NCBI GenBank assembly: GCA_951406725.2
Contig: OX597814.1
Location: 150,536,001 to 150,600,000, forward strand
Reading direction: 5' to 3'
DNA from: Octopus vulgaris
Taxonomy: Eukaryota
DNA: 64,000 nucleotides
Made by a program: the position numbers and the translations under genes. Each line of letters starts with the position of its first letter. Within the stretch, counting starts at the first letter, position 1. The notes beneath the pieces are model-generated. The model was not told the origin of the DNA. It did not search any database and saw only the letters and a program-made list of their open reading frames with translations. Below are positions 37,413-51,633 of this stretch, piece after piece.

Positions 37413-40373
37413 ATACATATTTATATATATGCATTCTACAACTAAAAAGCAAAGTATATAACCATAATAATCCGACTAATAATTTCATGTAGATACTCAA
37501 AAGGGAAACTCCCAGTTCATGTCAAAACAAAAAATACACTAACCTAAAGTAAAAAACAAAATTGCTCTAATATACATAATCCTATGCATCCCCTAATTTG
37601 TAAAATAAAAAAGACATACAATCAAAACAATAACAGTTATTGCCAAACTAACAACACCCCGCCAACTTATTTGGAATTTACCGTAAAATAGCATGCGCGA
37701 AAAAAAAAACACCCAGGCTTATAACGAATAGGGGCAACTAAAGGATATTCATGAATAAAATTCTCTCTGTCCACCAGAATATTAGGAAGCAAATTGAATT
37801 CAACTAACGCAAATAATATTAAAAGAAAACCCGATACGTCTTTATATGTGTGCTGATGAAAAGGAATTTTCCAAATCACTATTTAATCCTAATGGATTAC
37901 TTCGATCAGCTTTATGTATAAACAAAAAATGTAAAATAAATAAACCCACAATAATAAAAGGAAATAAAAAATGAAAACAAAAATCGACTTAAATTAGCAT
38001 TATCAGCAGAAAAACTCCCTTCAAATTCATTAAACCAACAACTTCCCAATACAAGGAGCCACTGAAACCAAATTAGTAGTAACTGTAGCTCTACAAAAAG
38101 ACATCTGACCTTAAGGTAATACATATCTAACAAAACCCGTTAACATAACAACCAAAATATATAACAAATCCCCAACATTCCAAGTATAAAGATATGTAAA
38201 CCATAATATAATCCATGACCAATATGTACATCTAAACAAATATAAAAAAAGAATTATTGTCCCACCTAGACATTTTCAGAAAACTTGGACATATAAATGT
38301 TATAATGTCACTATTTATGACTTAAGTATTACGTAATATAATGCAAAGGAAGAGAGTGAACGTGTTAATCAAATGATTCTTTGACTGAGAATTATTTTAT
38401 TGGACTCCGAGTGGGGATTAAAATGCAATATTAAGTCAACCACGGAGGAATTTTAAATCGGAACAAAAAAGAATTACATGAATTATTCCTAGAACGTTCT
38501 GGCAGTATAGAAAGTATATTGAAAATATAATTCTACTTCAGATCTAAGTAACGAGATAATTGATATGAAAATATTGACCAAAAAGTAAATAGATAAATAA
38601 AAACGAGACGAAAAAAAAACAATAATAAATGTAAAATAACTTTTTTAAAATATATTTTACGTCAAAACAGAAAGAAAAAGAAAAATGAATAGAAATGTTT
38701 GAATAAAACGTTTTTTTTAAAGTTGGTAAATTAATAGAATTAGAAGACTTGGGGAAAATATAGTTGAATGATATATCGAATAAGATATAAATTATGTTCG
38801 TAGAAAATACTAAATGGAATGTGCAATGAGATATATCCAGCGAAATTGATATTAAAATTTGTAAAGAGTTCCTCATAGGAATAAGGATTAATGATGTATA
38901 ATCGATTAAATCTAATCCAATATGTATTATATAGATCGCAGAATAATGAAAAAATTGTCGATTATAAAGGTATTTGGCATCCTGAAGTGTTGGAGATAGG
39001 TATTACATACCATTATTTTGTGCATCAAATATGCGTTCGATGGCTGTTCTGAAATTATGCAATCGTTACTAACTATATGGACAACAGGAAGGAGCAACTC
39101 AATTTGGAAGCCAATAGGGAGGCTTCTATATGGTTATCCAATTTGTTAGAAATAACATTCAAATGTTTTAAAAAATATATTCCACCTCGTCTTTAAAGGA
39201 AGTGAAAGAAGTATTGAATAATGTAGTCTTAAATACAAAGTGTCTGGAAAAACGTGAGATGGTCATGACCGAAATGCTTTGATCGTAGATCTTCCGGCTC
39301 TGTTCTAAACTGGATTCGATATGGTATCTGTGGAAAATTATTATCTACATTTATGTTCACTAATTTTTATTTCATTACATAATCCTAAACTTAATCTGTC
39401 ATTCGGTTCATCACCACCGCATGGTACATGGGTTGCCTTTAGAGGAGACTATTTTGTTGTGAGCATTCGAACCTGGTCTCCACTTTGAGGGATCCTTCCT
39501 CCCTCACTTCTGCCAGTAACGGAAACCCTCTAAAAGGTCATTAGCACTGCGTTTCAACCTAACTAGATGATCAAAAAAATGTCTACTATACTGAGCTCTT
39601 GCTTTTTTATATTAATGTACAATGTTATATGGCATTGGTGCTCTGTGACTATGCATATCAGTAATTTTGGTTGGTGAAGAATGGCCTGCGTTCAGTGGAA
39701 TTCATACGAAATGTTAAGCAAAATGTGATATATTCGTCAATGGGAAAAAGAAGCAGGGACTAACATTTCTACTAGGGGTTTTAGATAGTGGAAAAGAACC
39801 TATCCGCTAAAAGGGGCACTCAGTGTGTTCGATCGATATCAAGGAATGAACTGGAGAGAAGATAGTGGAAAACATAAAGCGAGCTAATGGAAAAAATGAG
39901 GAGGAAACGTTGCATTTCGTGTATAACTTCCTGGGCTGGAAACGATAGATCATCGGAGAAAATGCTTTGCGGTGTTTTCTTTCCATTGTTTAATCAGGAA
40001 GAAAGATAATACTGATTACCTTCTTTAGGGCTGAAGACTGGGGGTAAGAGAAAGGATTATCATTTTAAGCTGGAGACCTAGCCTAGATGTTTGCAACGGA
40101 TTGTATTCCTCCGCTAAATGCAACCACATACTAGGGGCTGACTTTAAATCAAGAGAAAGATTAAGTCTACCCTCACAGGGTGAATGGAGAATAGAAAGAA
40201 CTAACAAATATTGTATGGTATCTTGCCTGATGCTCTACTAATTCTTCGATCCCAAAGGTATCTGATGAAATTAAAATTAAGGACACAAAGAACTAGAAGA
40301 AACACTACAAAGCATTTTCTTCGACGCTCTACTGACTCTATTGATGCTGTAAATTCAACTTATGCGCGTGAGT

Positions 40374-40375
<2 letters not shown>

Positions 40376-40450
<75 letters not shown>

Positions 40451-40490
40451 TGTGTGCGTGCGTGCGTGCGTGCGTGCGTGTGTGTATGTG
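40376..40490 (+). repeat. (TG)n microsatellite
   Basis: Direct observation. Confidence 0.95.
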
Positions 40491-41728
40491 TAAGCATGTT
40501 CGAATATGTGTTTATGTGTATATTTTGTGAATACTTGTCTGAAATGAGTTAATAGAAGCCATACTTCACGCAGGGAAGACTCCTCGCCTTTCAATAAGCA
40601 CTCCTCCATTATATCCCGGGTCTTAAATTCAGACTCCACAACCAGTGAGGTCAACTTTGTTGTTTATTCTCTCGGGTTCACTTCATTAAAGAAACCTACA
40701 AGGTGGATTGGCTGAATTGTTACTTCTCTGAGCAGAATTCAATGCTTTGCTGTAGTTGTTCTAGGTTTTTTAACCTTCTGAATGCCCATACATTCTGTGT
40801 CTGTACAGGTCAGATTCTGATCGGCAATATGGTGTCTTAAAATATAAAAAAAATAGCCGTGATAAGACAGCAGGAAACATTCTATACCAACCACATATAG
40901 CTTTTTAAAGAAGTCATCAATAGTCATCGGTGACATGATGGCAGAGGAGAGGTACAGAAATGATACATTACCAGACTGCTCTCCTCAGGCATTTTGAACC
41001 CTTGCATCTCTCCTCTTCCTGCATTGTGTCCAACCTCCTTGACTTTCCATTTATTCTTTCAGAACACTGGAACTCCCACCCTTAATTATCGTTCCTACTG
41101 ATGTTAACATACATATATTAGAAAGGAACCTCAATAGCATAATCCTCCCTTGTCTATAAGAACCTGTATGACAATGAATACAGTGCCTTATCCCATGCCC
41201 AGGTAAAAGTTTTTTGAAAAGGCAAAAGGACTCGGTTTTCTGCTTTGCACCAGGAGATACTTTATTTCTAATCACTTACTAACTCTCAACAAAGCTCGAG
41301 TAGTGTCTGCTAATACCTTATGCTTAATCAATCAGTAATGCATTCGACCAATTGTTAAAGGTTCACTCATCTAGTTATAAACCAGGAATTCGTATTTACA
41401 TCGTTACCTTTCTTTATCTCTGCTGGCACTATTTCTATGATATCTGCTCACATATCTACCTAAATACCCATAAATATCTACTTAAATGACCATTTTTCAT
41501 ACACCCATTCATCCCACCGCCTTTGTTTCCATGGTCTCACCCTTACCGTGTCTCATTGTTCATGTCATAAAACCTCCTCTTTAGAACATGTTATCTTGAA
41601 TTTCCTTTTCTCGAATTTCTCTCCTTGACGTAGTGGCCTACTCAACATGAAAACCATTAAAAACAGTTGTCTGGAAAAACAGTGAAAAGAACACGAGAAC
41701 GACTCTCTCCTCTACTGATAAGCTTATA

Positions 41729-41760
<32 letters not shown>

Positions 41761-41771
41761 TGATGATGATA

Positions 41772-41853
<82 letters not shown>

Positions 41854-41865
41854 GGATGATGATAA

Positions 41866-42270
41866 TAATAGGAAGCCGGACATAGTCTTAATTGAGAAAG
41901 AAAACAGACGACACTAGATCATAGATATAGCATGTCCAGCTGACAACAAGGTATGCGATAAGGAAGAAAGAAAAGTGGAGAGACATAACAGGTTAGCTTG
42001 GGAAGTTAAACAGTTGTGGTCGATAAAAAAGGTAGGAGTAGTACCAGTAATTGTCGGAGTCCTGGGAACAGTGAGCAAAAATCTCGAGAAGTACGTGGAA
42101 AAAGTAGGGGCTGCAATAAGGATGGAGCACTTGCAGAAAACAGCACTGCTTGGATCCGGTCGAATACTTCGGAATGTTCTCGAAAATAAGAGTTGTTACT
42201 TTAGTTCACTAGTAAAGAACAGCTGACACTGTAGTACATTTCCAGTATTAGAAGATGTGCAAAGGCAATA
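41866..42270 (+). mobile_element. R4/Dong-like LINE RLE endonuclease and 3' end
   Basis: RKPDIVLIEK...IIDIACP..K...VVPVIVGVLGTV...LQKTALLGSGRILR. Flanked by (TGA/TAA)n. Confidence 0.85.
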
Positions 42271-42302
42271 ATAATAATAATAATAACAATAATAATAATA
42301 AT

Positions 42303-43098
42303 AAAGGTTGTAAAAGGTATACTTATGGATGCAACGATCGCTTGCTCATAAATAAAATGATTGTGGAGAATTGCCGGAGCAACTGGAAGAATCTAAGTAA
42401 GACATGGATAGATTACAAGAAAGCGTTTGATAATGTTCCACGTAATTCGCTACTCAAAACCCTTGAGATATACAAGATCTCTCCTGTAGTTTCCAGATTC
42501 TCACAAGGTAACATGGCCAAGTGAATTACACGTCTTCTTTTAAACTATAGTAATAGGATAAACCAATCTAACAACATCAGCATCAAACGAGGCATCTTTC
42601 AAGGTGACTTCCATCTGCCCATTACTCTTTTGCATGTCACTGATCCCACTCTCGAACGAACTGAATAACACCAGGTATGGGTTCAAAATGTAATATTAAA
42701 GTAAATATTGACGATCTGAAGCTGTTTACTAGAAATGAGGAAGAGCTAGTAGGGCTGTTAACAACTGTTAAAGAGTTCAGCAATGACATTGGGATGGATT
42801 TTGGCCTTGATAAGCATGCTAGAGTAATTTTTGCAAGATGAAAGCTCAAACAAACAGCTTCCATTAAAATATATACCGACACTACCATCAATCAGCTATA
42901 CCCACAACGAAGCTATTACTATCTGGGGATAAACGAAGGAGACGGTATACAACATGCTACTACGAAGGAAAAAGTATGAAAGGAGTATTACAGAAGAATA
43001 CGACTTATACTAAAAGCCGAACTCAAGGCCTAAAATCGCGTCGAAGCCATTAATACCCTGGCACCTCCGGTTGACCTATGCAAATTTAACATTAACTG
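42303..43098 (+). mobile_element. R4/Dong-like LINE RT fragment
   Basis: KGC...YGCNDRLLINK, WIDYKKAFDNVP, RGIFQGD, DDLKLF, FSNDIGMDFGLDK and YLGI. Confidence 0.85.
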
Positions 43099-43244
43099 TT
43101 CATATCATAAAACCTCCTCTTTAGAACATTTGTTATCTTGAATTTCCCTTTCTCGAATTTCTCTCCTTGACATAGTGGCATACTCAACATGAAAACCATT
43201 AAAAACAGTTGTCTGGAAAAACAGTGAAAAGAACACGAGAACTC

Positions 43245-43680
43245 CAACGACTGGACAGGAAGACAAGAAAACTACTAACGTCGGCCGGATATTGTCATAT
43301 TGAATACGAGAGACGTATAATGTCAGAATATTGATGTAGCCATACCAAATGACATGAATATTGCGAGTAAACAGGTTGAAAAATATCACCAAGTACCCCG
43401 AATTGAAAGTGGTTATGGTAAGACTGTATGGAATGCGAGAGGGTAATGTAAAAGTAATACCAGTGGCGACTGGAGCTTTGGGTTCAATCCCATTGAAACT
43501 TCAAGACTTCTTAAGGCAACTCAAGATCCCGTACAAGACTGATGTCTTGCAATAAGCAGCCTTATTGGGCACCACACACATCTTAAGGAAATTATTATCT
43601 GTGTGATGTCCTTGTTGTGACTTGACAGATGACTACAGATTCTGATCTACATTGTGTTACGAAGGAACGATAATAATGAT
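43245..43680 (+). mobile_element. R4/Dong-like LINE RLE and 3' end (another subfamily)
   Basis: RPDIV...IDVAIPND...KITKYPEL...VIPVATGALGSIP...LQ*AALLGTTHILRK. Confidence 0.8.
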
Positions 43681-44880
43681 AAAAAAGGGACAATAACTGA
43701 AATCTGGGCGGAGGGGTGACAGTCGATTAGATCGTCCTCAATAATTTATCGAACCCGGAATAATGAAAGGCAAAGTCGACTTGGGCAGAATTTGAACTCA
43801 GAACCTAGCGACGAGTGAAATATCGCTAAGCATTTCATTCAGCGTGCTAACGATGCTGCCAGCTAACCGCATTATTATTAATAGGAAGCCATTTTATGGG
43901 AGGAGATAATCGATTACATCGACCCTAGGACTGAACTTAATTTATTGACCCCGAAAGGATGAAAAGCAAAGTCGACCTCGGTAGAACTTAAACTAAATAC
44001 CGCTAAACGTCGACTAACGTGTTAACGATTCTTCCAGCTCACTGCCTTACTCTTTTACTTGTTTCAGTCATTTGACTGCGGCCATGCTGGAGCACCGCCT
44101 TTAGTCGACAAATCGACCCCAGAACTTATTCTTTGTAAGCCTAGTACGTAGACTATCGGTCTCTATTGCCGAACCGCTAAGTTACGGGGACGTAGATACG
44201 CCACCATCGGTTGTCAAGCGATGTTGGGGGGGGGGACAAACACAGACACACAAACACAGATATATATATATATGTATGTACGACGGGCTTCTTTCAGTTT
44301 CCGTCTACCAAATCCATTCACAAGGCTTTAGTCGGCCCGAGGCTATTGTAGAAGACACTTGCCCAAGGTGCCACGCAGTAGGAATGAACCCAGAACCATG
44401 TGTTTGAAAAGCAAGTTTCTTACCACACAGCCACTCCTGCGCCTTAATAATAATAATTAGAAGTTTTTCAAATTTTGCTACAAAATTTTTGCTTGGGGAA
44501 GGTGTTCAAATGGTATTTATTTTATCGATCCCGAAAGGAAGGAAGGTAAAATCGACCGCGGCAGGATTTGCTCTCAGACGGGCGAAATACCACTAAGCAT
44601 TTCGTCAAGCGTACTAACGATTCTACCAACTCGCCGCCTTACTATTATTATTATTAATAATAATAATCCTTTCTACCATAGACACAAGACCTGAAATTGG
44701 AGGGCAGTGGGTAAGTCGGTCACATCGACATCAGTACTTGACTAGTATTTAATCTCTCGACCCTGAAAGGATGAAAGGCAAAGTCGACTTCGGCAGAATT
44801 TGAACTCAGAACGTAGCGGCAGACGAAATACTGCTAAGCATTTCGTCCGGCGTTCTAACGATTCTGCCAGCTCGCCGCAT

Positions 44881-44995
<115 letters not shown>

Positions 44996-45059
44996 AAGAA
45001 GAAGAAGAAGAAGAAGAAGATAAGAAGAAGAAGAAGGAGGAGAAGGAGAGGAGGAGGAA

Positions 45060-45505
45060 ATTGGAAAAATGGGGCAAAGACCGACCGAGAAAAATTAGAA
45101 AAGAAATATAAAATACAGAAGAACGGATCAGATGCATGTCAAAAAGCCAGAAGATCAGAAGATTTCTGAACAGAAATAAGCAGATCGAGAAAAACAGATT
45201 GTTCAAAAATAACCTGAAGCAATTCTTCCGAACGTTAGATGGAGAAAATGAGGAAAATGTTGCTGTAGATGCAAATCAAGCCAAGGAGTTCATGGCGAAA
45301 CAACCTGGTGCATAAAAGGCGTGCAATGTAGATAGGGACTATCAAGATAGAATTACAAGGAGGAAAGAAATAAAGGAATATTGTCTTAAGCACGGTTGAC
45401 GTGAAAGAACAAGTGGGTAAAGTGCTTAACTGGAAACCCCCCCCCCCCGGCCCCGGACCAGACGTAATTCATGGCTTTTGGCTGAAGAGATTCAACGCGG
45501 TGCAT
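45060..45505 (+). mobile_element. R4/Dong-like LINE N-terminal fragment
   Basis: KIRRF..RNKQ..KNRLFKNNLKQFFR and NWK.PGPDVIHGFWLKRF, following a (TAC)(TAA)(GAA)n tract. Confidence 0.75.
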
Positions 45506-46120
45506 TTGAGGGAGGAGGCTTGTCGATTATATCGATCCTTGTGATTTTTTTATCGACCCCCCGAAAAGATATAAAGCAAAGTGTACCTTGGTGGAACTTT
45601 AACTCAGAACGTAAAGACAGACGAAATGCCACTAAACACATTTTGCCCGGCGTGCTAACGATTCTGCCCAGATCCTTCCCGGAACTAGTGGAGGCGGTGA
45701 CAGGAAAAGCTTGTGCAGTTTTGTTGCTGACGGTGGTGAGTAATTGCTTTACTGTTTCAACACTCCTAGATTCTTTATTGTTATTCGCTTTTTTGTTATT
45801 TGTTATTTTGGTCTTGGGCAAACACAAATAAACTTAACTTGCATCTTCTGATGATGATGCAAGAGCCGTTGCTGCTGCTGCTTCTACTACTACTACTACT
45901 AACAAAACCAACACCACCACTAACAACAGCCACTACCGATCTCGTTGACATCTCTATTACAGTCAGCTGTATACCTAGCCCTTCCCTAGCGGATGTTCTT
46001 GCGGATGGGAGTGCTTTAGCTGAAGTGTTGTAATTTCAGCGAAACAAGTGCTATCTGCAATGCAGTATGCATAGTGAAGGGCTGGAAATGTAGGTGGTTC
46101 ACTCAATATTTTTGCTACAG

Positions 46121-46176
46121 ATATACGTTTCTAGGAAAGGAACCCCCGACTGAAATCTATATGCACTGGTCAACTG
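46121..46176 (+). CDS. Candidate 56-bp host exon
   Basis: ttttgctacag| ... CTG|gtaaac. Single open frame YTFLGKEPPTEIYMHWST in a non-repetitive island. Confidence 0.3.
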
Positions 46177-46439
46177 GTAAACGCATATATGTTTCTTTAT
46201 TGTCCACAAGGGGCTAAACATAGAGGGGACAAACAAGGACAGACAAACGAATTAAGTCGATTACATCGACCCCAGTGCGTAACTGGTACTTAATTTATCG
46301 ACCCCGAAAGGATGAAAGGCAAAGTCGACCTCAGCAGAATTTGAACTCAGAACGTAAGGCAGAATAAAAAATACGCTACGCATTTCACCCGGCGTGCTAT
46401 GTGACTGCGAACTTAAATGTGGCGATTGCACAAACAGTC

Positions 46440-49400
46440 TAAGGCGATAAGCTGGCTGAATCGTTGCACGCCGAGCAAAATGCTTAGCGTTATTTCGTCC
46501 GTCTTTATGATCTGAGTTCAAATTCTGCCAGTGTCTTTCATCCTTTGGGAGCCGATAAAATAATGAACAATTGAACACAGGAGTTGTTATAATCGGCTTA
46601 GCTACTTCCCAAAAATTTCAACTAATATTACACAAACAGTGGGCGGTGGATAGGACGAATCGTTAAAGTGTTGGAAAAAATACCTTTAGGATATTTGTTC
46701 CAGTTCTTTATATTATAAGTTCAAATCCCGCCGAAGTGAATTTTACCTTTCATCCTTTCGACGTCGAAAGATTAACTACCGCTGAAGTATTTGTGTTCAT
46801 AGTGTCCACTAATACCTTCTTAAATTTCTGGTGTTGTGACTATGTTACAAATAAAGAAGGGCGTTGGATAGACAGAATCATTAAAGCATCAGTCAAAATA
46901 CTGCGGTGTTTCGTTATGGTTCTCTAAGCTCTGAGTTCAAATCAAATCGAGGTCAACGTTTGTCTTTCGCCGCTCCAGTGTCGATAAAAAAAAATACCAG
47001 TCAAATACCTACTTCAACATTTCAGGTCTTGTGCGTATATTCGAAACACTATCGTGTACGCAGTGCGATTCGGCCGTGATACAGCCGAAGCAAAGAGCAA
47101 TTCTTCATGTGGGCGCCATTACTTACGATATACCTTGACCTATGAAGGATCATGAACCATGTGAACTGACGTTATTGCTCTTCTTGCTTTCATTGCAGCT
47201 GTTGTTGTTAATAATGTCTATATTATTTTGTTATTATTATTGTAGCACTCCAGAATTGTAGCACTCTAAGCAAAATACTTATCGGCATTTCTTCTGACTT
47301 TTCGTTCAGAGGTTAATTTGCTCTTCATCCTTCCAGATCGGATAAAATAAATTCCAGCTGAGCACTGGCGTCGATGTAATCGACTTACCTACTTCCTCGA
47401 AATTGCTGCCCATGTATCAAAATTTGAAACAATTATTGTTGTTATCGTAAAGGCAGCGAGTTGACATAATCGTTAGCACGCTAGGCGAAATGCTTAGCAG
47501 TATTTCGTTCGCCGCAACGTTCTGATTTTAAATTCCGCCGAGGTCAACTTTGCCTTTCATCCGTTCGGGGTCGATAAATTAAGTACCAGTTGCGCACTGG
47601 GGTCGATGTAATCGACTTTATCCCTTTGTTGGTCCTTGTTTATCCCCTTTGTATGTAGCCCCTTGTGGGCAGTAAAGAAATAAGAATCGTTAGCACGCCG
47701 GATAAAATGCTTAGCGGTATTTCGTCTGCCGCAACGTAATGAGTTCAAGTTTCGCCGAGATCGACTTTGCTTTTCATCCTTTTGGGGTCCATCAAATAAG
47801 TACCAGTTACGCACTGGGGTCGATATAATCGACTTAATCTGTTTGTCTGTCCTTGTTTGTCCCCTCTGTGTGTGGCCCTTGTGGGCAGTAAATAAATAGG
47901 TATTTCGTCTGCCGTTACGTTCTGAGTTCAAATTCCGCTGAGGTCGACTTTGCCTTTCATCCTTTCGGGGTCGATAAATTAAGTACCAGTTACGCACTGT
48001 GGTCGTTTTAATCGACTTAATACCTTTGTCAGTCCTTGTTTTTCCCCTCTATGTTTAGCCCCTTGTGGGCAATAAAGAAATAAGAATCGTTAGCACGTTA
48101 GGCGAAATGCTTAACACTATTTCGCTTGCCGCAACGTTTTGAGTTCAAATTCCACCGAGGTCGACTTTGCCTTTCATCCTTTCAGGGTCGATAAATTAAG
48201 TACAAGTGAAACACTTGGATCGATGAAATCAATTATCCCCCTCCCACAAATTTTAGGCCTTATGGCTATAGTAGAAAGAATCGTTAGCAAGCCAAACAAA
48301 ATACTTATCGGTATTTCGACTGTCTTTACGTTCAGAGTTCAAATTCTGCCGAGGTCGACTTTTGCTCTTCATCCTTCCGGGTTCGATCAAATAAATTCCA
48401 TTTCAGCACTGAGGTCGATGTAATCGACTAGACTCCTCCCTTAGAATTTCTCGCCTTGTGCCTAGAGTAAAAGAAGTATGGTAGTTATCATTACTGTTTC
48501 AGCTGTTGCTGTCATTATTATTGTTATCAACGCGGCGAGGAAATGCTTAGCGGCATTTCATCCGTCTTTATGCTCTGAGTTCAAATTCCACCGAGGTCGG
48601 CTTTGCTTTCATCCTTTTGGGAGTCGATAAAATAAGTACATGTGAAGCATTGGGGCGATGCAATCAACTATCTCCTTCCCACAAAATTTCAGACCTTATG
48701 CCTATAGCTGAAAGGACCATTGTTTTTATTGTCAAGACGACGTGTTGGCTGACGAGTTAGCACGTCAGACAAAATGCTCAGCAACATTTCGTCCATCTTT
48801 ACACTCCGAGTTCGAATTGCGCCCTTGTTCGATCCTTTCAGGGGTCTACAAAATAAGTACCAGTTGAACACTGAAGTTGATCTTATTGACTTACCTCCTT
48901 CCCGAAAGTTGCTGGCCTTGTGCCAAAATTTGAAATCATTATAGTTGTTTAGGAGTGGTTATGTGGTAAGTAGCTTGCTTACGAACCACATGGTTCCGGG
49001 TTCAGTCCCACGGGCCAACCAAAGCCTTGTGAGTGTATTTGGTAGACGGAAACTGAAAGAAGCCCGTCGTATATATGTATATATATGTATGTATATGTAT
49101 GTATGTATGCGTGTATATGTTTGTGTGTCTGTATTTGTCCCACCCCCAACATCGCTTGACAACCGATGTTGGTGCATTTACGTCCCCGTAACCTAGTGGT
49201 TCGGCAAAAAGAGACCGATAGAATAAGTACTAGGCTTCCAAAGAATAATTCCTGGGGTCGATTTGCTCGACTAAAGGCGGTGCTCCAGCATGGCCACAGT
49301 CAAATGACCGAAACAACTAAAAGAGTAAAAGCGTTATTTTTGTTATCGTTACTGTCAAAGTAACTGTTTTGGTTGTTATTACAGTTAGCGTTGTTGTTAG

Positions 49401-49617
49401 TCTAACTGTTGTTACTGTCACTGTTACTGCTGTCGTTATTGCTATTATTGTTTGCTCTTACTGTTGTTATTCTGTGATGGTTTGTTGTGTCAGTGTTACC
49501 ATAGTCACTATACTTTATATACTGCTGACATAGTCACTGTTGTTGCTATTGCTGTCTTCGTCGTTACTAATGCTGTTGTTGTTCTTGCTGCTGCTGCTGC
49601 TGTTGCTGTTGTTGTTG

Positions 49618-49648
<31 letters not shown>

Positions 49649-50705
49649 TGTTGTTGTTGTTGTTGTTGTTATAAAGGCTGTGAGCTGGCGGAAACGTTAG
49701 CACGCCGGGAGAAATTATTAGCGGTATTCCATCTGCCGCTACGTTCTAAGTTCAAATTCCGCCGAGGTCGACTTTGCCTCTCATCATTTCGGGTTCGATT
49801 AAATAAGTACCAGTTACGCTCTGGGGTCTATATAATCGACTTAATCCGTTTGTCTGTCCTTGTTTGTCCTCTCTGTGTTTAGCCCCTTGTGGGTAGTAAA
49901 GAAACAGAAATAGGTATTTCATCTGCCGTTATGTTCTGAGTTCAAATTCCGCCGAGGTCGACTTTGCCTTTAGTACTTTCGGGGGTCATTAAATAAGTAC
50001 CAGTTACGCACAGGGGTCGATATAATCGACTTAATTCGTTTGTCTGTCCTTGTTTGACCCCTCTGTGTTTAGCCCCTTGTGGGTAGTAAAGAAATAGGTA
50101 TTTCGTCTGCCGCTACGTTCTGAGTTCAAATTCCGCCGAGGTCGACTTTGCCTTTCATCCTTTCGGGGTCGATAAATTAAGTACCAGTTACTCACTGGGG
50201 TCGATGTAATCGACTTAATGTGTTTGTCTGTCCTTGTTTGGCCTCTCTATGTTTAGCCCCTTGTGGGCAATAAAAAATAAAAATCGTTAGCACGGTCAGC
50301 AAATTGCTTTTGCGGCATTTCGCCTGTATTTACGTTCTTAGTTCAAATTCCGCCGAGGTCGACTTTCCTTTTCTTCCCTTCGGGGTCCATAAAGATAAGT
50401 ACCTGTTGAGCTATGGGATCAATGTAATCGACTTCCCTAAAATTTCTGGCCTTGTGCCAAAACTTGAAATCATTATTATGATTGTTAAGATGGCGAGGTT
50501 GCAGAATCGTTAGCACGCCAGGCCCCAAGGCTTAGCGGCATTTCGTCCGTCTTTACGTTTTGAGTTCAAATTCCGCCGAGGTCAATTTTTCCTATCTTCT
50601 GTTAGGAGTCTATAAAGTAAAATACCAGTCAAGTACAGGGGTCGACGTAATCGACAGATCCTTCCTCAAAAACTGCTGGCCTTGTGCCAACATTTGAAAT
50701 CTCCA
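46440..50705 (+). mobile_element. Dense plus-strand SINE-A cluster with tandem arrays at 47450-48480 and 49675-50480; SINE-B at 48950-49330
   Basis: More than 12 copies of the GAGTTCAAATTCCGCCGAGGTCGACTTTGCCTTTCATCC-like core. Confidence 0.9.
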
Positions 50706-51034
50706 TTATTATCATTATTGTTATTATTGTTGTTAGTGTTGCTGTTACTGTGTTCGTTGCCATCATTACAGTTACTGTTACTTGTGTTGTTATTGCTTTC
50801 ATTGTTACTGCTATCGTTGTTGTTGTTGTTGTTATTGTTACCGTGCTATCTCTAGTAGCCAACACCCAAGTATAATCAACAAGGTTGCCATGGCATTGTT
50901 GCTCTTTGTATTGTAACCACTCTCCTCTGACACGTTCTTCCTCTCTTCTTTTCTCCGTTGCCTTTCTTACCTTGTCTTCTTTTCTCTCATTCTTACATTC
51001 TTTGTGTTTTTTAATTCTCCCCATCCATCCATGC

Positions 51035-51108
<74 letters not shown>

Positions 51109-51124
51109 ATCTTTTCTTTTCTTT

Positions 51125-51462
51125 TATCTTTTACTTGTTTCAGTCATTTGACTGCGGCCATGCTATCACCGCCTTTAGTCGAGCAAATCGACCCCGGGAC
51201 TTATTCTTTGTAAGCCCAGTACTTATTCTATCGGTCTCTTTTGCCGAACCGCTAAGTGACGGGGACGTAAACACACCAGCATCGGTTGTCAAGCAATGCT
51301 AGGGGGACAAACACACAAACACACACACACATATATATATACATATATACGACAGGCTTCTTTCAGTTTCCGTCTACCAAATCCACTCACAAGGCATTGG
51401 TCGGCCCGGGGCTATAGCAGAAGACACTTGCCCAAGATGCCACGCAGTGGGACTGAACCCGG
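51125..51462 (-). mobile_element. SINE-B copy
   Basis: Tail reverse complement TTACTTGTTTCAGTCATTTGACTGCGGCCATGCT and CORE-like reverse complement CACTTGCCCAAG. Confidence 0.9.
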
Positions 51463-51469
51463 AGTGGGA

Positions 51470-51570
51470 CTGATCGAAAACCAACCCCCTTTTTTTTGCC
51501 CCCAAAAGAAAAGCTCTACCTTGTAATTTGTTCTGTCTGTGTGCAGCCCTGTGTGGCTAATAAAGAAACA
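51470..51570 (+). mobile_element. LINE-like 3' tail fragment ending at (ATCT)n
   Basis: GAAAAGCTCTAC.TTGTA.TT...GCCCTGT.TGGCTAATAAAGAAACA then (TATC)n. Homolog at 56472-56730. Confidence 0.6.

Positions 51571-51633
<63 letters not shown>

Larger units (their letters stand above)
41557..43242 (+). repeat. Direct repeat pair of ~145 bp (41557-41700 and 43098-43242)
   Basis: Near-identical TGTTCAT.TCATAAAACCTCCTCTTTAGAAC...GAAAAGAACACGAGAAC. Confidence 0.85.

Noticed and set aside
37849-37882. Hammerhead-like CTGATGA..GGAA/TTCC
   Set aside because: The GAAA box is incomplete and there is no stem III.
40900-41050. piggyBac C-terminal Cys-rich remnant (RCKGSKC...W*C...LC) on the minus strand
   Set aside because: Too degenerate, and no TTAA/TIR ends were identified.
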